From Cyanobacteriota bacterium (lineage in GTDB: Bacteria; Cyanobacteriota; Cyanobacteriia; Cyanobacteriales; Geitlerinemataceae), in contig JAXHUC010000042.1 in NCBI GenBank assembly GCA_034189805.1, positions 28,278 through 40,725 on the forward strand: 12,448 bases of DNA, read 5' to 3'. The position numbers and the translations under genes are program-made. Every line of letters begins with the position of its first letter. The stretch's first letter is position 1. The notes under the pieces were generated by a model. It was not told the DNA's origin, ran no database searches, and saw only the letters and a list, made by a program, of their open reading frames with translations. Shown piece by piece: positions 7,413 through 12,448 of this stretch.

Positions 7413-10097
7413 ATGCGTCGTTTTCTTCGCGAAACTTGGGAAATGTGGTACTGGGCGATGTTTTGTCCGTCTAAGCTTCAGCAGCGGATGAATGAATGGT
7501 CGCCGAAACAAAAAAAAGGCGGACACAGACCTGATACAGCTTTTAACGATATTCTTCTATCTAATTTTAACTTTCGTTTTTTTTGTCAATATTTTTGTAT
7601 TTTAATTGTTCTGAGTCTACCTCTGCTCTTCATTATCTGGAGTAACAGCCGGGGGATAGATGGGTGGCTTTTGCCGATGGTTCTGATGACTGCCTATGGG
7701 GCGGGCATTTGGTTTCTACCCATCAGTTTTGCCGTGCCGGGATTGTTTACATTGGTGTATTGGCAACAGCCAGAAGCCTGGATTGAAGGATTTAGGGATG
7801 GCTTCAGCGATGGCTTGGAGGACTTACCGCCATTGACTTCGATCGGTCAAGGATTTGCGGTGTTGGCATTGCTGTGGCTGCTGACGCTGATTATCGGTCG
7901 ATGGCTGTTGGGGAAAAATCATCTGTCTGTGGGGCAAAACTTTATCATCATTGGCGGAATTTTCAGTACTTTTGCAGGGAGTTGGTGGGGTAGCCACAAT
8001 TGGATATTTGCTTTATTGGTGGGTGGACTCACTGGCTTCTTTCTAGTTGCGAATCGCGATGAAATTACGGCTGAAAATTTGCAACAGTCTCGTGGCAATC
8101 TTGTTGAAGATGTGGCTTATGGCGTGGCGGTCGGCGTGGCGGTCGGCGTGGCGGTCGGCGTGGCGTTCGGCGTGGCAACACTTCCCCTGGCTATACTATT
8201 ACTCGCCAGTTGGTTTGCCGCGTGGAGTTTATCCCCCGTTCGCCGGTTTGGACTGATTACATCGGGAGTCTTTGCCGCATTGGGGTTTAATCACTTAGGT
8301 TGGCAATGTCTGTGGGCGATTCCCGTGACTCTGGCTGGTTACTATCGCCTATTTCCGGGTTATCTTATCTCCCTGCCAGAGATGCTGATTCCCTCGATTC
8401 CGTTTCTGGGCCGCTTCAATATCGATCCCATACCGCGACTGACTCGACGGCTGCCTCAACTTCCCCCGCACACCAGCGAACTTCTCTGGTTTCCCCTTCC
8501 CAACCACGATCGCATTCTCGCTGCCGCCTTCCAAACCAATCCCTCAGAAGCCCTGAAAACCTTCGAGAAAATGCAAGCCATCGAACTTCCCGGCTTCCAA
8601 ATTACCCTAAAAAATGCCCTGCCCCAAATTATCGCCGATCGCCTTTTTGCCACCCAAACCACCACCGAACTCATCGCCACCGCCAGCCCCAAACATCCCC
8701 TCCTGCCTCTGCTGATTCCCAGCTTCTACAGTTCAAATACCGAACCCCCTCCCGCCAACATCCGCCCGGAAATTTCCATCCTCGTTCCCCGACTCCAATC
8801 CATCGCCGAAGATGTAGAAGCGGCCCTAGAACCGAAAAGTGCGGCCTTGCGGGAACGGGGACTCGATCGCATTCTCAACAATCTTGCCCTCCTGCAAACT
8901 CAACTCCCCGGACTGGGACTCAAACCCAAAGCCAGGGAACGGTGGCAACCCGTCCTCCAACGCTGGCAGCGCGTTATCCAACTGGAACTGGAAACCCAGC
9001 AGCAACAATCCCAAGGGGAACTCCTCAACCCCTTCCTCTACGGCAACCCCCTAAAACGCGATCGCCCGGACATTTTCAGAGGCCGCCAAACCTTCGCCGA
9101 CGAAATCGTCCGCCAAATTCTCGATCGCAACCGTCCCACCCTCGTCCTCCACGGCCCTCGTCGCTGCGGCAAAACCTCTTTTCTCTACAACCTGCCGCGC
9201 CTCCTCCCCAGCGATTTACTGCCGATTTTTGCCGATATGCAAAGTTCGGCCGCCACCCAGGACGACGGATCGTTTTGCTACGCCTTAGTTCGCGCCATTG
9301 TCAAAGACAGTCGCAGCCAGGGGGTGAAATTCCCGGAACTCCCCCCGCGTCAAGAATTTCGCGACAGTCCCTACGCGGCATTGGAAGACTGGTTCGATCG
9401 CGCTTTACCCAAATTGGGCGATCGTCGCCTCCTCCTCAACCTGGATGAATTTGAAAAAATCGGCGCGGCCATACACGCCGGAAAGCTGAGTTTGCAAATT
9501 TTCGACCAACTGCGCCACTTGATCCAACATTACGATGCCTTGGGCTTCCTCTTCTGCGGCGTGCAAACCCTCGACGAACTCGGCCCCAATTGGAGTAGCT
9601 ACTTCATCAGCGTCGTTCCCATGGAAATGCTGTACCTCGAACCCGAGGAAGCCAACCAGTTGCTGGTGAATCCAGACCCCGAGTTCGAGTTACGCTACGA
9701 CACTGGCATCGTCGATACCGTCGTCGCACTCACCCGCAGCCATCCCTACCTGGTGCAACTCATCGGTTCGGCAATGGTGATGGAAGCCAACCAACACCAA
9801 ACTACCCTGATAACTCCAGATTTACTCGAAGCGGCGATCGATCGCGCCCTCACCCTCGGCGAACCTTACTTTACCAACGTCTGGACGGAGTTTACCGGAA
9901 CCACACCGGAAATGGTCGTTGCAGGACAGGCATTATTAAAGGCGATCGCTGAAAACCGCGACATCCCCACTGCCAACCCTGCCTTGCAGCGATTGCTACG
10001 CTACCACATCCTCGAAACTCGGGAAAATGGCAGCTACAATTTTGAAATCCCCTTACTCAAACGTTGGGTGCGAGAACGAGCGATTTTCAACTCATAA
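7413..10097 (+). CDS. Polytopic membrane module (about 8-10 hydrophobic segments, incl. glycine zipper) fused to a STAND-like P-loop ATPase and C-terminal winged-helix-like region
   Basis: 894-aa ORF. The first ~330 aa are rich in TM-like segments (FCILIVLSLPLLFIIW, GFAVLALLWLLTLIIG, WIFALLVGGLTGFFLV, AYGVAVGVAVGVAVGVAFGVATLPLAILLLASWF...). A Pro/Leu-rich linker with a helical stretch follows. The ATPase has NPFLYGNP..FRGR, Walker A GPRRCGKTS (9153-9179), Walker B LLLNLDE (9429-9449), SHPYLVQ and a C-terminal LLRYHILE motif, all collinear with the 4497-5711 protein. Confidence 0.85.
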   Translation: MRRFLRETWEMWYWAMFCPSKLQQRMNEWSPKQKKGGHRPDTAFNDILLSNFNFRFFCQYFCILIVLSLPLLFIIWSNSRGIDGWLLPMVLMTAYGAGIWFLPISFAVPGLFTLVYWQQPEAWIEGFRDGFSDGLEDLPPLTSIGQGFAVLALLWLLTLIIGRWLLGKNHLSVGQNFIIIGGIFSTFAGSWWGSHNWIFALLVGGLTGFFLVANRDEITAENLQQSRGNLVEDVAYGVAVGVAVGVAVGVAFGVATLPLAILLLASWFAAWSLSPVRRFGLITSGVFAALGFNHLGWQCLWAIPVTLAGYYRLFPGYLISLPEMLIPSIPFLGRFNIDPIPRLTRRLPQLPPHTSELLWFPLPNHDRILAAAFQTNPSEALKTFEKMQAIELPGFQITLKNALPQIIADRLFATQTTTELIATASPKHPLLPLLIPSFYSSNTEPPPANIRPEISILVPRLQSIAEDVEAALEPKSAALRERGLDRILNNLALLQTQLPGLGLKPKARERWQPVLQRWQRVIQLELETQQQQSQGELLNPFLYGNPLKRDRPDIFRGRQTFADEIVRQILDRNRPTLVLHGPRRCGKTSFLYNLPRLLPSDLLPIFADMQSSAATQDDGSFCYALVRAIVKDSRSQGVKFPELPPRQEFRDSPYAALEDWFDRALPKLGDRRLLLNLDEFEKIGAAIHAGKLSLQIFDQLRHLIQHYDALGFLFCGVQTLDELGPNWSSYFISVVPMEMLYLEPEEANQLLVNPDPEFELRYDTGIVDTVVALTRSHPYLVQLIGSAMVMEANQHQTTLITPDLLEAAIDRALTLGEPYFTNVWTEFTGTTPEMVVAGQALLKAIAENRDIPTANPALQRLLRYHILETRENGSYNFEIPLLKRWVRERAIFNS
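8121..8177 (+). repeat. In-frame 12-bp tandem repeat (GGCGTGGCGGTC, about 4.75 units) encoding (GVAV)n
   Basis: Three perfect units lie at 8121-8132, 8133-8144 and 8145-8156. A one-mismatch unit follows at 8157-8168 (ggcgtggcgttc) and a partial unit at 8169-8177. The translation is GVAVGVAVGVAVGVAFGVA, with Gly at every fourth residue. Confidence 0.92.
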
Positions 10098-10123
10098 ATC
10101 AATTCGGTTGGATGTATTAGATG

Positions 10124-10179
10124 GCGATAAGATTTACAGGAAACTACGGAGTCGAAATCTATCGTAACGCATCTTTTTT
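10124..10179 (+). terminator. Candidate terminator after the TM-ATPase gene
   Basis: A hairpin pairs 10124-10135 (gcgataagattt) with 10155-10165 (aaatctatcgt). It has 11 bp with one bulge (A10129), one G-U pair and a 19-nt loop. A T6 run follows at 10174-10179, 8 nt after the stem. The stem is AU-rich and the T run is distant, so this is tentative. Confidence 0.3.
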
Positions 10180-10306
10180 ATCGAGTATAATTCATACAGC
10201 GTGGAGTATAAAAAACACCGCTTTTTACTTCACATAAAAATATAAAATTATTCCACTTCATACCCAACAGTACCTCTATTTACTCAACCGAGTCTCAAAT
10301 TAAATT

Positions 10307-11068
10307 ATGGTTCTCAGTCAGTCCCCCAATGCGGTAATATTTCCTCCTAGCGACCTCGAAAGTAACGAACCTCCCTTGGAAAGCGATCGCCATCTTCAAC
10401 AAATTATTCTCCTGTTAACTTGCCTGCAATGGTGGTGGCGGGAACGTCCCGATGCACCGGAATCTCGCCGGAATAACTTCTATGCAGCGGGAAATATGAC
10501 GGTGTATTACAGCAGCCGCCAACTGCGCAACGAACAGTTTCGCGGGCCCGACTTTTTCGTCGTCCTGGATACGGAATACAAAGAACGCAAAAGTTGGGTG
10601 GTGTGGGATGAAGATGGCAAATATCCCAATGTGATTGTGGAAATGCTGTCAGATTCGACCGCAGATATCGATCGAACTCAAAAAAAGCAAATCTATCAAA
10701 ATACCTTTCGCACGCCGGAATACTTTTGGTTCGATCCCTATACTTTAGAATTTAAAGGGTTTCGATTTGTTGGCGCATACGAAGAGATAGCCACAACACA
10801 AGAAGGCTGGTTATGGAGTCAAGAATTAGATTTGTATTTGGGAATAGTGGATGATAAACTGCGGTTTCTGACACCGGAAGGGGAGTTAGTTCCCACGCCA
10901 TCGGAAGCGGCACAGCAGCAACAACAGCAAACAGAAGTCGAACGAGAACGCGCAGAAGCCGAACGAGAACGTGCGGAAGCCGAACGAGAACGCGCCGAAG
11001 CAGCAGAGGCAGAATTAGAACGGTTGCGGCAGCAGATTCAAGAACGGGGCATTAACTTAGATATGTGA
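10307..11068 (+). CDS. Uma2 family (DUF820) PD-(D/E)xK endonuclease with expanded C-terminal coiled-coil tail, copy 2
   Basis: 253-aa ORF collinear with 5936-6655, with the same Uma2 motifs (GPDFFVVLD, VIVEMLSDSTADIDRTQKKQIYQNTFRTPEYFWFDP). The tail carries a QQQQQQ run and a threefold ERERAEA repeat. Confidence 0.9.
   Translation: MVLSQSPNAVIFPPSDLESNEPPLESDRHLQQIILLLTCLQWWWRERPDAPESRRNNFYAAGNMTVYYSSRQLRNEQFRGPDFFVVLDTEYKERKSWVVWDEDGKYPNVIVEMLSDSTADIDRTQKKQIYQNTFRTPEYFWFDPYTLEFKGFRFVGAYEEIATTQEGWLWSQELDLYLGIVDDKLRFLTPEGELVPTPSEAAQQQQQQTEVERERAEAERERAEAERERAEAAEAELERLRQQIQERGINLDM
10940..11002 (+). repeat. In-frame 21-bp tandem repeat x3 (GAACGAGAACGYGCNGAAGCM) encoding ERERAEA x3
   Basis: The units lie at 10940-10960, 10961-10981 and 10982-11002 and differ only at a few mostly synonymous positions. 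The paralog has a single related unit (gaacggcagcgtgcagaggca, 6569-6589). Confidence 0.9.
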
Positions 11069-11455
11069 GAGTTGTAGAATTAAATAATTAAATTTTGCGG
11101 AAATAATCGTATACTGTCGCAAAAGTTAGCCGATCGAGTACGAATTTTTTGCGAAGAGCGAGATATTTAGATACTTTTTTATTTGCAAACTCGATCGAGT
11201 TTTAGTGTCAATACCTAAAATTAAAAAACAACAAAAACATACCCTTATTTTTTCCTTCGAGACAACAGTTTCGTTCTCACGGCGAGTCACGGATCGCTGC
11301 GGAGAGATTCCTAAAAACAATGCCGGAAATGCCACCTCCAGTTGGCGAGAACACCGATCTAGACCCGATCGCAAAACTTCCTAAAATAGTCGTAGGGGAA
11401 CGATGCCAATGCGATCGCCCCAAAATTAACAGAATATCGACTCATTTAAAACCTT

Positions 11456-12448
11456 ATGCAACCGACTAACCCGAATCAATTTACCGAAAAAGCCTGGGAA
11501 GCGATTTCCCGTACTCCCGATATTGCCAAAGCCGCCGGACAACAAAAACTCGAAAGCGAACTTCTGTTCAAAGCACTCTTAGAACAAGAGGGTTTAGCGA
11601 GTAGCATCTTAAATCGGGCGGGGGCATCGGTGCCGAAAATTCGCGATCGCATCGAAGCCTTTATCGCCAAACAACCGAAAATATCTGGCAGTAGTAGTTC
11701 CATCTATTTAGGGCAAAGTTTGGATACGTTGCTCGATCGCGCCGATGCTTATCGAAAAGAATACGACGATGAATATATTTCGATCGAACATCTAATTCTG
11801 GGCTACCTGAAAGACGATCGCTTCGGAAAAAATTTGTTGAGAGAACTTAAAATAAGTGAATCCCAACTCAAAGAAACGATCGCCCAAATACGAGGTACTC
11901 AGAACGTGACCGATCGAGATCCAGAAGGCAAATACGACTCCCTCGAAAAATACGGTCGCGACTTGACCGAAGCCGCGCGCCAGGGGAAACTCGATCCGGT
12001 CATCGGCCGCGACGACGAGATTCGCCGCACGGTACAAATCCTCTCTCGCCGCACCAAAAATAACCCCGTCCTCATGGGCGAACCGGGGGTAGGAAAAACA
12101 GCGATCGCCGAAGGACTCGCCCAGCGGATCGTTAAAGGGGACGTTCCCGAATCCCTGCGCGATCGCACTCTCATCGCCCTGGATATGGGTTCCCTAATTG
12201 CCGGGGCAAAATATCGAGGTGAGTTTGAAGAACGCCTCAAAGCCGTCCTCAAGGAAGTGACCGAATCGGAAGGGCAAATCGTCCTCTTCATCGATGAAAT
12301 CCATACCGTCGTCGGCGCGGGGGCAACCCAAGGGGCGATGGATGCGGGAAATCTGCTCAAACCAATGTTGGCGCGGGGAGAACTCCGGTGTATCGGCGCA
12401 ACTACCCTCGACGAGTACCGCAAGTATATCGAGAAAGATGCGGCATTG
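11456..12448 (+). CDS. clpB: ATP-dependent chaperone ClpB, N-terminal 331 codons (continues beyond the window)
   Basis: This frame is open from ATG 11456 to the window end and is absent from the ORF track because it has no stop. The translation is [48 protein letters not shown]...[72 protein letters not shown]...[15 protein letters not shown]...[31 protein letters not shown]. This is the classic ClpB N-domain plus NBD1 with Walker A and B. Confidence 0.96.
   Translation, partial: MQPTNPNQFTEKAWEAISRTPDIAKAAGQQKLESELLFKALLEQEGLASSILNRAGASVPKIRDRIEAFIAKQPKISGSSSSIYLGQSLDTLLDRADAYRKEYDDEYISIEHLILGYLKDDRFGKNLLRELKISESQLKETIAQIRGTQNVTDRDPEGKYDSLEKYGRDLTEAARQGKLDPVIGRDDEIRRTVQILSRRTKNNPVLMGEPGVGKTAIAEGLAQRIVKGDVPESLRDRTLIALDMGSLIAGAKYRGEFEERLKAVLKEVTESEGQIVLFIDEIHTVVGAGATQGAMDAGNLLKPMLARGELRCIGATTLDEYRKYIEKDAAL

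Noticed and set aside
6381-7526. Minus-strand ORFs 6381-6692, 7013-7339 and 7203-7526
   Set aside because: They are antisense to the Uma2 and PD-(D/E)xK genes and have no supporting motifs.
8047-8256. ORF encoding WRSAWRSAWRSAWRSAW
   Set aside because: It is simply the +1 frame of the 12-bp tandem repeat inside the 894-aa ORF. The GVAV frame is continuous with a long, motif-supported protein.
8300-9448. 382-aa plus-strand ORF, plus the small ORFs 8349-8534, 8456-8692, 8826-9014 and 8839-9054
   Set aside because: These are alternative frames within the TM-ATPase gene. The extreme Pro/Arg/Ser/Thr low-complexity translation is caused by the C-rich coding strand. The main frame carries Walker A/B motifs.
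8121-11002. Tandem repeats considered as a CRISPR array
   Set aside because: The units are 12 bp and 21 bp, directly adjacent with no spacers, and in-frame within coding sequences. No cas genes are present.
11093-11153. Alternative hairpins TTTTGCG (11093-11099) / CGCAAAA (11118-11124) / TTTTGCG (11147-11153) upstream of clpB as an attenuator
   Set aside because: They are 7-bp AU-rich stems in an AT-rich spacer. There is no leader peptide or clear terminator geometry, and they are likely chance pairings.
11126-11703. Minus-strand ORFs 11126-11374 and 11476-11703
   Set aside because: The first lies in the AT-rich clpB upstream spacer with no SD or motifs. The second is antisense to the clpB N-domain.
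11792-12423. Minus-strand ORFs 11792-12037 and 11899-12423 (174 aa, Arg/Ser/Pro-rich)
   Set aside because: They are antisense shadows of the unambiguous clpB reading frame.

Overview
Cyanobacterial chromosomal window, supported by a psbU gene and about 20 copies of the HIP1 octamer GCGATCGC found by manual scan. The flanks are housekeeping genes. On the left are psbU (-), an FHA-domain class III adenylate cyclase (-), a polytopic membrane protein resembling DUF3120 (-), uppP/bacA (+) and a small 2-TM ORF (-). On the right is the 5' part of clpB (+), which runs off the window end. Between them, at about 4.3-11.1 kb, lies an accessory-looking same-strand cluster of five genes. (A) is an HTH plus P-loop STAND-like ATPase. 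(U1) is a Uma2/DUF820 PD-(D/E)xK endonuclease. (C) is an orphan HsdR_N-like PD-(D/E)xK protein. (D) is an 894-aa protein with a polytopic membrane module, including a tandem-repeat-encoded (GVAV)n glycine zipper, fused to a second ATPase domain of the same family as A. (U2) is a second Uma2 paralog, roughly 85-90% identical to U1 by eye. This cluster is the best candidate for an uncharacterised conflict/defence-type system, but all family assignments rest on motif recognition because no searches could be run. No rRNA, tRNA, CRISPR array, transposase or integrase was seen.
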